Assembly: GCA_036374115.1 (NCBI GenBank)
Contig: DASUUL010000057.1
Span: forward strand, 1 to 40,192
From: Acidimicrobiia bacterium
GTDB lineage: Bacteria; Actinomycetota; Acidimicrobiia; IMCC26256; JACDBD01
DNA: 40,192 nucleotides
Direction of reading: 5' to 3'
Made by a program: the position numbers and the translations under genes. The notes under the pieces were generated by a model. That model was not told the DNA's origin, ran no database searches, and saw only the letters and a program-made list of their open reading frames with translations. This document shows, piece by piece, positions 28,611-37,383 of this stretch (positions are counted from its first letter, which is position 1; each line of letters starts with the position of its first letter).

Positions 28611-29594
28611 ATGGGCGCCCGCGCGCACTGCGTCGCCGTCGTAACCTTCGACGGCTTCCAGCTCCTCGACCTCGCCGGTCCCGTCGAGGTGCTGCGGAGT
28701 GCCACCCGGCTCGGAGCGGACCCGCCGTACGTCTCGGTGATCACCACGCCACGGGGGCGGCCCGCCCGCTCGGAGAGCGGGGTGAGCGTGGCGGCCGACG
28801 CCTCGCTCGCCGAGCTCGCCCGCAACCGGCGGCGCGTCGACACCCTCGTCGTCGTGGGCGGCGACGGGACGCGCCGGGCCCGCACCGACGCCGACCTCGT
28901 GGCCGATCTCGCCGCCGTCGCCCGCCGCGCGGGGCGCATCACCTCCGTGTGCACGGGCGCCTGGTTGCTGGCCGCGGCCGGCCTGCTCGACGGCTACGAG
29001 GCGACGACCCACTGGTCGTCGTGCGCGGCGCTGGCGGAACGCCATCCCGAGGTGCTCGTGCATCCGGACCGCCTCTACGTCCACGATCGCGATCGGTGGA
29101 CCTCGGCCGGGGTGACCGCGGGGATCGACCTGTTCCTCGCCCTGGTCGAGCACGACCACGGCTCCGCGGTGGCGCACCAGATCGCGGGCTGGCTCGTCGT
29201 GTTCGCCCACCGCCCCGGCGGCCAGTCGCAGTTCAGCGCCCAGCTGCGCGCCCGGCCGGCGGCCACGCCGTCGATCGCCGAGCTCCAGCGTTGGATCGGC
29301 GACCACCTCGACGAGGACCTCGGTGTGGGCGCCCTGGCCGCCCGCGTCGGGATGAGCCCGCGCACGTTCGCCCGCTCGTTCCGCCGCGAGACGGGCACGA
29401 CGCCCGCGGCCCACGTCGAGGAGCTGCGCGTGGAGGCCGCACGGCGCCTGCTCGAGAGCAGCGACCTGACGGTGGCAGCGCTCGCCCGCCGCGTCGGCCT
29501 CCGGAACGCCGAGACGCTGCACCGCGCGTTCCAGCGGCGCGTGGGCACCACCCCCGATCGTTACCGCCAGCATTTCCGCCGGCGGGTGTCCTGA
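28611..29594 (+). CDS. GlxA-family transcriptional regulator (DJ-1/PfpI-like domain plus AraC-type HTH).
   Basis: The N-terminus VAVVTFDGFQLLDLAGPVEVL...SVCTGAWLLAAAGLLDG is a DJ-1 fold with a Cys elbow. The C-terminus MSPRTFARSFRRETGTTPAAHVEELRVEAARRLLE...GLRNAETLHRAFQRRVGTTPDRYR is an AraC HTH. ATG at 28611 (28584 is possible). Confidence 0.85.
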   Translation: MGARAHCVAVVTFDGFQLLDLAGPVEVLRSATRLGADPPYVSVITTPRGRPARSESGVSVAADASLAELARNRRRVDTLVVVGGDGTRRARTDADLVADLAAVARRAGRITSVCTGAWLLAAAGLLDGYEATTHWSSCAALAERHPEVLVHPDRLYVHDRDRWTSAGVTAGIDLFLALVEHDHGSAVAHQIAGWLVVFAHRPGGQSQFSAQLRARPAATPSIAELQRWIGDHLDEDLGVGALAARVGMSPRTFARSFRRETGTTPAAHVEELRVEAARRLLESSDLTVAALARRVGLRNAETLHRAFQRRVGTTPDRYRQHFRRRVS

Positions 29595-29607
29595 GAGGAG
29601 CACCAGC

Positions 29608-30264
29608 GTGCAGATCGCCATCGGCCTCTACCCGGGCTACACGGCCCTCGACGCGTTCGGCCCCTACACCGTCTTCGCCAACCTGCCCGACGCCTCGGTC
29701 GTGCTGTGCGCGGCCGAGCGAGGCCGCGTCAGCGACGACGCCGACGTGCTGCACGTCGACGTCGAGCACACCTTCGCCGACGTTCCCACGCCCGACATCC
29801 TCCTCGTACCGGGCGGCCTCGCCACCCGCCGGATCGCCAGGGACGGCGGCGCGATCCTCGAATGGATCCGGGCCGCCCACCCGACGACGACGTACACGAC
29901 CTCCGTGTGCACCGGCGCGCTGCTCCTCGGCACCGCCGGCCTCCTCGACGGCGTGCGGGCCACCACGCACTGGATCGCGTACGACGCGCTTCGCAACCTC
30001 GGCGCCGAGACGACCGAACAGCGCGTCGTCATCGAGGGTCGGATCGCCACCGCGGCGGGCGTCTCCGCCGGGATCGACCTCGCGTTGACCCTCGTCGACC
30101 GGTTGCAGGGACCGGAGGTCTCCCAGGCGGTGCAGCTGGGCATCGAGTACGACCCACAGCCTCCCCACGACGCCGGCGCCCCGTCGAAGGCGCCCGCCGC
30201 GATCCGCGACCTCGTCGCGGGCGTGATGGCCGGCGCCGAAGAACGGGCGCTCGCCGAGCCGTGA
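29608..30264 (+). CDS. DJ-1/PfpI family protein (isonitrile-hydratase / amidotransferase-like).
   Basis: GTG start after GAGAGGAG. ALDAFGPY, LLVPGG, nucleophile elbow SVCTGALLLG, and AAGVSAGIDLAL. Confidence 0.85.
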   Translation: MQIAIGLYPGYTALDAFGPYTVFANLPDASVVLCAAERGRVSDDADVLHVDVEHTFADVPTPDILLVPGGLATRRIARDGGAILEWIRAAHPTTTYTTSVCTGALLLGTAGLLDGVRATTHWIAYDALRNLGAETTEQRVVIEGRIATAAGVSAGIDLALTLVDRLQGPEVSQAVQLGIEYDPQPPHDAGAPSKAPAAIRDLVAGVMAGAEERALAEP

Positions 30265-30265
30265 C

Positions 30266-30397
30266 GGCCCCGCGCCCCGAGATCTTGCATCGGGGCCAGC
30301 AGGGCTCCTCGAGCAGCTCGATGCCGTCTGGCGAGGCCGCATCGACCGGATCGGCGGGCTCCTCGCCGACGATCACGACGGAGGAACGAATCCATGA
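30266..30397 (+). pseudogene. 3' remnant (about 43 codons) of an ArsR-type regulator gene. No 5' part is present.
   Basis: My own translation gives ...LASGPAGLLEQLDAVWRGRIDRIGGLLADDHDGGTNP*. Its stop overlaps the next ATG (ATGA at 30394-30397), as in ArsR-SRPBCC operons. Upstream the frame runs straight into the DJ-1 gene end, so the HTH part is missing. Confidence 0.35.
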
Positions 30398-30660
30398 CCG
30401 TCCCCAACGTCCGCACGGACCCCGAGTCGCTGACCATGACGATCACCCCGAGCTTGCCGCCACGCTCGAGCGGGCGTGGCAGCTGTGGGCCGACCCACGC
30501 CAGCTCGAGCGGTGGTGGGGGCCCGCCGACCTACCGGCAACCGTCGTCGACCGCGACCTCACGCCCGGCGGACGGGTGACCTACTTCATGACCGGGCCCG
30601 ACGTCAGCGGCGCCGAACGGTGCCGATCGGCGTCTCGGCGACGCGCACCGGACGGCCATC
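30394..30660 (+). pseudogene. SRPBCC/AHSA1-family gene remnant, frameshifted and truncated.
   Basis: MTVPNVRTDPESLTMTIT (frame 1) continues only after a 1-nt shift near 30448 as ELAATLERAWQLWADPRQLERWWGPADLPATVVDRDLTPGGRVTYFMTGPD, a classic AHSA1 N-terminal half. The C-terminal half is absent, and the locus abuts the carbonic anhydrase gene. Confidence 0.6.
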
Positions 30661-30666
30661 CCGAGG

Positions 30667-31158
30667 CTAGGTCACTTCGCGAAGCCTCCCGGTCTTCACG
30701 TCGTAGACGAAGCCCCGAACCCTGCTCTTGTCGGGGACGAACGGGCTCGCCTCGATACGCGCGATCGACTGGCGCACGTCAGCATCGACATCGGCGAACG
30801 ACTCCAACGCGAACGGCGGGCGGATGCCCGTGTCCTGCTCGATCTGGCCCTTCACTTCATCGTCGGAGAACGTGAGCATCCCGCAATCGGTGTGGTGGAC
30901 GAGAACGATCTCCTTCGTACCGAGGAGTCGTTGCGAAATGGCCAGCGACCGAATGGCGTCGTCGGTCACGACACCCCCGGCGTTACGGATCACATGCGCG
31001 TCGCCCTCCTCGAGCCCCAGCGCGCGAGCCGGGTCCAGCCGGGCGTCCATGCAGGCGATGACGGCCACTTGCTTGGCGGGCGGCATCGCGAGGTCGCCCT
31101 TGCCGAATCCCGCCGCGTAACGGTCGTTGTTCCTCAGGAGCTCTTCCGCGATCGTCAT
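30667..31158 (-). CDS. Beta-class carbonic anhydrase.
   Basis: Zinc ligands lie in CMDARL and HHTDCGM, and IRNAGG is present. GGGAGG lies 6 nt before the ATG. GC is lower than in the flanks. Confidence 0.9.
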   Translation of the reverse strand: MTIAEELLRNNDRYAAGFGKGDLAMPPAKQVAVIACMDARLDPARALGLEEGDAHVIRNAGGVVTDDAIRSLAISQRLLGTKEIVLVHHTDCGMLTFSDDEVKGQIEQDTGIRPPFALESFADVDADVRQSIARIEASPFVPDKSRVRGFVYDVKTGRLREVT

Positions 31159-31193
31159 GGCTCGCCTCCCGGGCGCTGATGTTCCGAAACCCG

Positions 31194-31199
31194 ATCATA
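31194..31199 (-). promoter_or_regulatory. Candidate -10 hexamer TATGAT for the carbonic anhydrase gene.
   Basis: This is the only AT-rich hexamer in the 114-nt spacer. It lies 35 nt upstream of the ATG, leaving room for a leader containing the GGGAGG RBS. No convincing -35 was found. Confidence 0.3.
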
Positions 31200-31272
31200 G
31201 GGGTCAGAATTAGTCACGAGGGAGTACGCGTCTGCCTGCCGACGCGGTTGGGCTTTCAGCGCGCTCCCGTCG

Positions 31273-32625
31273 TCACGCCTCGACCGGGTCGAGTGCCGGC
31301 AAGCGCCGCACGAGCACGTGGCCGAGGGCGGTCCCGAGGAGCGTGGCCACCACGACCGTGGGATAGAGGTCGTGCGGGAACACGAACAGCATGAGCAGCC
31401 CGGCCGCGAGCGGTCGCCGGATGAGGACGGCGATCGCGGCCGTCATCGCGCCCGCGAGCGCCACCATCGACACGTCCTCGGGCAGCATCGCCGCGAACGC
31501 GAGGCCGGCGCCGGCGCCGGCGAACATGAGCGGGAAGAAGCGCCCACCGCGCCAACCCGTCGCGAGCAGCAACGCCGTGGCGCTCAGCTTGGCGAGAGCG
31601 ATCCCGACGAGGTACAGGGCCGAGGCATCGGTGTCGTCGATCAGCGTCTGGATGCCGTCGTGGCCCGAGAAGAGCACCAGCGCCGACACCGACGCCAGGA
31701 CGCCGAGCACCACCCCACCGACGGTTGCCCGGACGACAGGGCGGGTCGCGAGCCTTGCCGCGCGGATCTCGACCGCCTTCTTGACGAGCAGGTAGGCCAC
31801 GGCCGCGAGCGCCCCCGCCACCGTCGCCGCCGCCGCCCAGAGCAGGTCGGTGACCGCGAAGTCGTACGGCCGGAACGTGTAGTCGAAGTACTCGTCGCCC
31901 GGCGACAGCACCGAGAACGTGAGCGCGCCGGCGCCCGCGGCGACCACGCCGAGCGCCACGACCACGAGGCGGCGCGGCTGCCTGCGCACCTCCCCCTCGT
32001 CGAGTGGGAGCAGCGCGGCGCCGGCGGTGCCGAAGAGGGTGCCGAGGGCGGCGACCACGCCCACGTAGTCGAGGGAGACGGCCGCGCGCGCGCCGACGCC
32101 GATGACCCGCGAGATCCACGATGCCAGGCCACCCACGAGCGCGACCAGGGCCGCCTCCGGCCCGAGCGCAGCACCGAAGGTGAGCGCGGCGAGCGCCGTC
32201 ACCATGGAGTTCGGCAGGTGCCGGTAGTCGAAGGCCCGATCACGCCGGAAGTCCGCCAGCGCACTCTGGAGGTCCTTCGGCCACTCGCCCAGGAAGCGGG
32301 CACAGAGACCGGCGACCAGGCCACCGATCGTGCAGACCGGCAGGATGAACTCCCAGTTGCCGGCATCGGCACCGATCGCGTCGGGCAGGTCCTTCCAGAC
32401 CAGGTCGATCAGCCACTCGAGCAGCTTGATGAATCCGACGGTGGCGAGCGCCCCGATCGCGCCGAGCAGGACCATCGTGGCGGCCACGACGGCGATCCAG
32501 CGCAGGCGATCGCCCGAACGACGCTCGCTCGGGGGCGGGAGCACGCGGAGAGGGTAACGACCACCGCCGTGCCCGGAAGTGGATGCGTTCCCCGCCCGTA
32601 TCGTCGTACGGTGCGACGGCGGCAA
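31273..32625 (-). CDS. ClC-family chloride channel/antiporter-like membrane protein.
   Basis: Multiple TM helices. ClC selectivity-filter-like motifs are GAALGPEAAL (GxEGP type) and WRGGRFFPLMF (GxFxP type). The start is uncertain: ATG 32625, GTG 32544 or ATG 32475. Confidence 0.75.
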   Translation of the reverse strand: MPPSHRTTIRAGNASTSGHGGGRYPLRVLPPPSERRSGDRLRWIAVVAATMVLLGAIGALATVGFIKLLEWLIDLVWKDLPDAIGADAGNWEFILPVCTIGGLVAGLCARFLGEWPKDLQSALADFRRDRAFDYRHLPNSMVTALAALTFGAALGPEAALVALVGGLASWISRVIGVGARAAVSLDYVGVVAALGTLFGTAGAALLPLDEGEVRRQPRRLVVVALGVVAAGAGALTFSVLSPGDEYFDYTFRPYDFAVTDLLWAAAATVAGALAAVAYLLVKKAVEIRAARLATRPVVRATVGGVVLGVLASVSALVLFSGHDGIQTLIDDTDASALYLVGIALAKLSATALLLATGWRGGRFFPLMFAGAGAGLAFAAMLPEDVSMVALAGAMTAAIAVLIRRPLAAGLLMLFVFPHDLYPTVVVATLLGTALGHVLVRRLPALDPVEA

Positions 32626-32638
32626 GGAGGACGACGAG

Positions 32639-33088
32639 ATGACCGATCGCGCGACGCTCGAGGCGAACCGGGAGATCGGGCGCCGGGTGCTGCTCGAGAT
32701 CTGGAGCGAGGGGCGCCTCGACGTCGCCGACGAGCTCTACGCCCCCGGCTACGTCGACCACGTGAACCGCGGCCCCGAGCCGGCGGAGGTCCACGGCGCC
32801 GCCGGCCTCAAGGAAGCGGTCACGCTCTTTCGCACCGCCTTCCCCGATCTCCGCTACACCGTCGACGACGACATGGCCGAGCGTGACCTCGTCATGACCC
32901 GCTTCTCGGCCCGGGGCACGCACCGGGGGCCGTTCCTCGGCGCCGCCCCCACCGGCAAGGCGGTCGCGTACACGGGCATCGACGTCAACCGGATCGTCGC
33001 CGGCCGCATCGTCGAGTCGTGGGTGCACTACGACGCCCTCGGCCTCCTCCAGCAGGTCGGCCTCGTGCCCCCGACGCCGGGCACCTGA
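32639..33088 (+). CDS. SnoaL-like ester cyclase / NTF2-fold protein.
   Basis: ATG at 32639 is 8 nt after AAGGAGG. The sequence shows the ...IWSEGRLDVADELYAPGYVDH...FPDLRYTVDD...RFSARGTHRGPFLG..PTGK pattern typical of ester cyclases. Confidence 0.8.
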   Translation: MTDRATLEANREIGRRVLLEIWSEGRLDVADELYAPGYVDHVNRGPEPAEVHGAAGLKEAVTLFRTAFPDLRYTVDDDMAERDLVMTRFSARGTHRGPFLGAAPTGKAVAYTGIDVNRIVAGRIVESWVHYDALGLLQQVGLVPPTPGT

Positions 33089-33109
33089 GACGCCGGCGCG
33101 GTATCCTCA

Positions 33110-33123
33110 CGAACGAGTGTTCG
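33110..33123. promoter_or_regulatory. LexA-type SOS box (CGAAC-N4-GTTCG) overlapping the lhr start codon, with a TATCCT -10-like hexamer at 33102-33107.
   Basis: CGAACGAGTGTTCG has perfect arms. The GTG start at 33117 lies in the spacer. TATCCT, 9 nt upstream of the GTG, suggests a leaderless or near-leaderless transcript. Confidence 0.6.
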
Positions 33124-36100
33124 CCACCCCCGCCGCCCCCGCCGCCCCCGCCACCCACGGGGCCGCCGTCGACTCGGTCGACGCGCTCCACCCCGCGGTC
33201 GCCGCCTGGTTCCGGCGCCGGTTCCCGGAGGGCCCGACCACACCCCAGCGCGACGGGTGGCCGCACATCGCCGCCGGCAGCAACACCCTGATCGCGGCAC
33301 CGACGGGATCGGGCAAGACCCTCGCCGGCTTCCTCGTGTGCATCGATCGCCTCTACCGCGCCCACGAGGCGGGCGAACCCGTCGACGGCATCGCCCGCGT
33401 CGTCTACGTGTCGCCGCTCAAGGCGCTCGCGGTCGACATCGCCGAGAACCTGCACCGCCCGCTGGCCGAGATCGCCGAGATCGCCATCGAGCTCGGGCTG
33501 CCCGCGCCCGACATCAGGGTGGCGGTGCGAACCGGCGACACCACGAGCGCGGAGCGGGCTCGTATGGTGCGCAAGCCACCCAGCTTCGTGGTCACCACCC
33601 CCGAGTCGCTCTACCTCCTCGTGACCAGCGCGAGCGGCCGCGCCGCGCTCGGCACGGTCGACACCGTGATCGTCGACGAGATCCACGCGGTGGCGCGCGA
33701 CAAGCGGGGCACGCATCTCGCGCTCACGCTCGAGCGGCTCGAGGCGCTCTGCGACCGCCCGCCCACACGCGTGGGCCTCTCGGCGACCCAGCGCCCGATC
33801 GAGACCGTCGCCCGTCTCCTCGTCGGCGACCGCCCGCTCCCCGCGATCGTCGACGCCGGCCACCAGCGCGACCTCGACCTCGCCATCGAGCTGCCCGAAG
33901 GTGAGCTCGAGGCCGTCACGAGCGCGGAGCAGACCGCCGACGTGCTCGACCGGATCGCCGACCTGGTGCGCGAGCACCGCACCACGCTGGTGTTCGTCAA
34001 CACCCGCCGCTCGGCGGAGCGGTTCGCGCATCTCCTCGGCGAGCGCCTCGGCGACGACGTGGTCGCCGCCCACCACGGGAGCCTCTCGAAGGAACGCCGG
34101 CAACGAGTCGAGACCCGCCTGCGAGCCGGCGACCTCAGGGCGCTCGTCGCCACCGCCTCGCTCGAGCTCGGCATCGACATCGGCCCGGTCGAGCTCGTGT
34201 GCCAGATCGGCTCACCCCGCAGCATCGCCACGTTCCTCCAGCGCGTCGGCCGCTCGAACCACTCGCGGGCCGGCGTGCCGAAGGGCCGGCTCTACCCGCT
34301 GACGCGCGACGAGCTCGTCGAGTGCGCCGCGCTGATCGGCGCCGTGCGCGCCGGGCGCCTCGACGCCATCACCCTGCCCCCGCAGCCGCTCGACATCCTC
34401 GCCCAGCAGATCGTGGCCGAGGTCGGCGCCCGGGAGTGGCGCACCGACGACCTGTACGCGCTCGTGCGCCGGGCGGCGCCGTTCCACGACCTCACCCGGG
34501 AGCACTTCGACGAGGTCCTCGAGCTGGTCGCGCGGGGTGTCGACACCGGCCGCGGCACTCGCGGCCGTTACGTGCACCACGACGCCGTCAACGGCGAGGT
34601 GCGCGGGCGCAAGGGCGCTCGGCTCGCCGCTCTCACGTCGGGTGGCGCGATCCCCGAGATCGGCGACTACCGGGTGGTGGCGGAGCCCGACGACACGTTC
34701 ATCGGCACCGTCGACGAGGACTGGGCCGTCGAGTCGATGGCGGGCGACATCTTCCTGCTCGGCACCCACTCCTGGCAGATCCGGCGGGTGGAGGCGGGCG
34801 TCGTGCGCGTGCGCGACGCCGGGAACGCGCCGCCCACGATCCCGTTCTGGATGGGGGAGGCTCCGGCGCGCACCACCGAGCTGTCGGAGGAGGTGTCGAA
34901 CCTCCGCGCCCGGATCGACGCGTTCCTCGCCGACCACGATCCCGACGGCGCCCGCGCCTGGCTCGTCGAGACCGTGGGCCTCGACCTCGATGCCGCCACC
35001 ATGCTCGTCGACTACCTCGCGGTCGGCCGGGCGGTCCTCGGCGCGATGCCGACGTTCGAGACGCTCGTGCTCGAGCGCTTCTTCGACGAGACCGGCGGGA
35101 TGCAGCTCGTCCTCCACTCCCCCTACGGAGGCCGGATCAACCGTGCCTTCGGCTTGGCCCTGCGCAAGAAGTTCTGCCGCACGTTCAACTTCGAGCTGCA
35201 GGCGGCAGCCACCGACAACGCCGTCGTGCTCTCCCTCGGGCCCCACCACAGCTTCCCCCTCGACGAGGTGGCGCGCTACATCAACAGCCGCACCGTCGAG
35301 GAGACGCTCGAGCAGGCGATCCTCGACGCACCGATGTTCCTCTCGCGCTGGCGCTGGAACCTGAACCGGGCCCTGCTGGTGCTGCGGTTCCGGGGCGGGC
35401 GCCGCAACCCGCCTCCCATCCAGCGCATGGAGGCCGACGACCTCATGGCGGCGATGTTCCCCCAGGCCGCGGCGTGCCAGGACAACCAGGTGGGCCCGAT
35501 CGAGATCCCGGATCAGGTGATCGTGCGCCAGACCGTCGACGACACGCTGCGCGAGGCACTCGACGTGGAGGGCTTGCGCGCGCTGCTGGAGGCGATGGAA
35601 GCCGGCGAGGTCACGGTACACACGGTCGACACCACCGAGCCGTCGGTGCTCGCCCACGAGATCATCACCGCTCGGCCGTACGCGTTCCTCGACGACGAGG
35701 AGTTCCAGAACCGTCGCACGAACGCCGTGAGCCTGAGCCGCGGCCTCACCGTCGACCTGAGCTCGATCGGCCGACTCGACCCCGACGCGATCGCGCGGGT
35801 CCGAGACGAGATCACCCCCGAACCCGAGTCCGCCGACGAGCTCCACGACCTCCTGTGCTCCTTCGTGATCACGACGCCCCGCCCCGAGTGGCGCGACCTG
35901 TGGACCGAGCTGGTCGGACGGGGTCGTGCGCAGGTGCTCGAGCACGGCGGACGCGAGCTCTGGTGCGCGACGGAGACCGTCGCCGAGGCCCGTCGTGCGT
36001 TCGAGGGCCACGACGACGCCGTGGTCGCGGTGGTGCGCGGCCACATGGAGCTGGCGGGGATCACCACGGTCGACGCGGTGGCGGAGGCCGTCGGCCTCCG

Positions 36101-37325
36101 CGCCGGTCGGGTGGCATCTGCGCTGGCGATCCTGGAGGGCGAGGGGTTCGTGCTCCAGGGCCGCTACACGGAGGCCGCCGCCGAGGTGGAATGGGTGGCC
36201 CGCCGCCTCCTGGCGCGCATGCACTCGTACTCCCGCCGCGTCCGGCGCCAGGGCGTGGAGCCCGCGACCGCCCAGGACTTCGTGCGCTTCCTCCTGCGCT
36301 GGCACCACGTCGCGCCCGGCACCCAGCTGGCGGGCGACGAGGGCCTGGCCACGGTGATCAGCAGCCTGCAGGGGTGGGAGGCGGCCGCGGCCGCCTGGGA
36401 GCCCGAGCTGCTCGCCCGCCGCCTCCGCCGCTACGACGGGGGTGCGCTCGACCGGTTGTGCCATGCGGGCGAGGTCGGGTGGCTCCGCCTGAACCCGGGC
36501 GCGCGCGACGTCGACGCCCCCGCGGGTTCGCCCAACAAGGCCACACCGATCTCGGTCGTGTTCCGCGACGACCTCTGGTGGCTGCTCGAAGCCGCCCGAG
36601 GGGGCGACGATCCCGCCGAGCCCGCCGCCGGCGCCACCGCCGAGGTGCTCGAGGTGCTGCGGGCGCGGGGGGCGTGCTTCGCCGGCGAGCTCGGCGCTGC
36701 CACCAACCGGCTGCCCGAAGACATCGAGCGAGCCCTGTGGGACGGCGTCGCCCGAGGGCTGTTGACCTCCGACGGTTTCGGCGCCATTCGTGCTCGCGTC
36801 GAGCGTCCCGATCGCCGCCGCGGCGACGCCGCTCGCCTCTCGCGCCTCATGCGCACGGCCCGGGTACGCGGGGCTGCCGCGGGACGCTGGTCGCTCGTGC
36901 AGCCGACGGGCGCCGACGTCGACCGCGAGGAGCTCGCGGAGGCCGTCGCCGAGCTCCTGTTGAACCGGTGGGGTGTGGTGTTCCGTGACCTCGCGATGCG
37001 GGAGTCGATCCGGTTCCCGTGGCGCGACGTGCAACGGGCGCTTCGCCGGCTCGAGGACCGCGGTCTCGTGCGCGGCGGCCGGTTCGTGAGCGGGTTCAGC
37101 GGGGAGCAGTACGCGCTGCCCGGTGCCGCCGACCAGCTGGCCCATGTCCGCAAGCAGCCCCGCACGGGCGAGCGCGTCGTCGTCAACGCCGCCGACCCGC
37201 TCAACCTCGTGGGAACGATCACACCGGGCGCGGCCGTCCCCGCGATCCGCACCAACCAGGTCGCCTACGTCGACGGCGTCCCCGAGGCGCTCGTGCCCGC
37301 CACCCCCGAGGCCCAGCCCGCCTGA
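33117..37325 (+). CDS. lhr: ATP-dependent helicase Lhr (large helicase-related, superfamily 2), 1402 aa.
   Basis: Motif I AAPTGSGKT, motif II DEIH, motif III LSATQ and motif VI QRVGRSNH. These are followed by Lhr-type WH/domain-4 and a long C-terminal domain. It is a single uninterrupted frame. Confidence 0.9.
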   Translation: MFATPAAPAAPATHGAAVDSVDALHPAVAAWFRRRFPEGPTTPQRDGWPHIAAGSNTLIAAPTGSGKTLAGFLVCIDRLYRAHEAGEPVDGIARVVYVSPLKALAVDIAENLHRPLAEIAEIAIELGLPAPDIRVAVRTGDTTSAERARMVRKPPSFVVTTPESLYLLVTSASGRAALGTVDTVIVDEIHAVARDKRGTHLALTLERLEALCDRPPTRVGLSATQRPIETVARLLVGDRPLPAIVDAGHQRDLDLAIELPEGELEAVTSAEQTADVLDRIADLVREHRTTLVFVNTRRSAERFAHLLGERLGDDVVAAHHGSLSKERRQRVETRLRAGDLRALVATASLELGIDIGPVELVCQIGSPRSIATFLQRVGRSNHSRAGVPKGRLYPLTRDELVECAALIGAVRAGRLDAITLPPQPLDILAQQIVAEVGAREWRTDDLYALVRRAAPFHDLTREHFDEVLELVARGVDTGRGTRGRYVHHDAVNGEVRGRKGARLAALTSGGAIPEIGDYRVVAEPDDTFIGTVDEDWAVESMAGDIFLLGTHSWQIRRVEAGVVRVRDAGNAPPTIPFWMGEAPARTTELSEEVSNLRARIDAFLADHDPDGARAWLVETVGLDLDAATMLVDYLAVGRAVLGAMPTFETLVLERFFDETGGMQLVLHSPYGGRINRAFGLALRKKFCRTFNFELQAAATDNAVVLSLGPHHSFPLDEVARYINSRTVEETLEQAILDAPMFLSRWRWNLNRALLVLRFRGGRRNPPPIQRMEADDLMAAMFPQAAACQDNQVGPIEIPDQVIVRQTVDDTLREALDVEGLRALLEAMEAGEVTVHTVDTTEPSVLAHEIITARPYAFLDDEEFQNRRTNAVSLSRGLTVDLSSIGRLDPDAIARVRDEITPEPESADELHDLLCSFVITTPRPEWRDLWTELVGRGRAQVLEHGGRELWCATETVAEARRAFEGHDDAVVAVVRGHMELAGITTVDAVAEAVGLRAGRVASALAILEGEGFVLQGRYTEAAAEVEWVARRLLARMHSYSRRVRRQGVEPATAQDFVRFLLRWHHVAPGTQLAGDEGLATVISSLQGWEAAAAAWEPELLARRLRRYDGGALDRLCHAGEVGWLRLNPGARDVDAPAGSPNKATPISVVFRDDLWWLLEAARGGDDPAEPAAGATAEVLEVLRARGACFAGELGAATNRLPEDIERALWDGVARGLLTSDGFGAIRARVERPDRRRGDAARLSRLMRTARVRGAAAGRWSLVQPTGADVDREELAEAVAELLLNRWGVVFRDLAMRESIRFPWRDVQRALRRLEDRGLVRGGRFVSGFSGEQYALPGAADQLAHVRKQPRTGERVVVNAADPLNLVGTITPGAAVPAIRTNQVAYVDGVPEALVPATPEAQPA

Positions 37326-37335
37326 CACCCTCTCT

Positions 37336-37383
37336 CGATGCGTGCGTCGTGCGCAATAATTGCGCACATCGCACGCATCTATG
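37336..37383. repeat. 48-bp hyphenated palindrome, copy 1, between the convergent lhr and esterase genes.
   Basis: GATGCGTGCG-tc-GTGCGCAAT-a-ATTGCGCAC-at-CGCACGCATC (37337-37379). It is 40/48 identical, without gaps, to copy 2 at 38392-38439. Confidence 0.85.

Noticed and set aside
32626-32700. Fluoride or other riboswitch upstream of the ClC gene.
   Set aside because: The region upstream of every candidate ClC start is occupied by the RBS and coding sequence of the divergent SnoaL gene. There is no free leader, and the ClC lacks features I associate with the fluoride-specific clade.
37265-37378. 37-codon ORF (MRAMCAIIAHDARIERGCQ...) starting right after the esterase stop.
   Set aside because: Beyond the 14 residues encoded by the palindromic element, it runs antisense through the lhr 3' end with no signal-peptide continuation. 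I treat it as a by-product or vestige of the repeat, not a gene.
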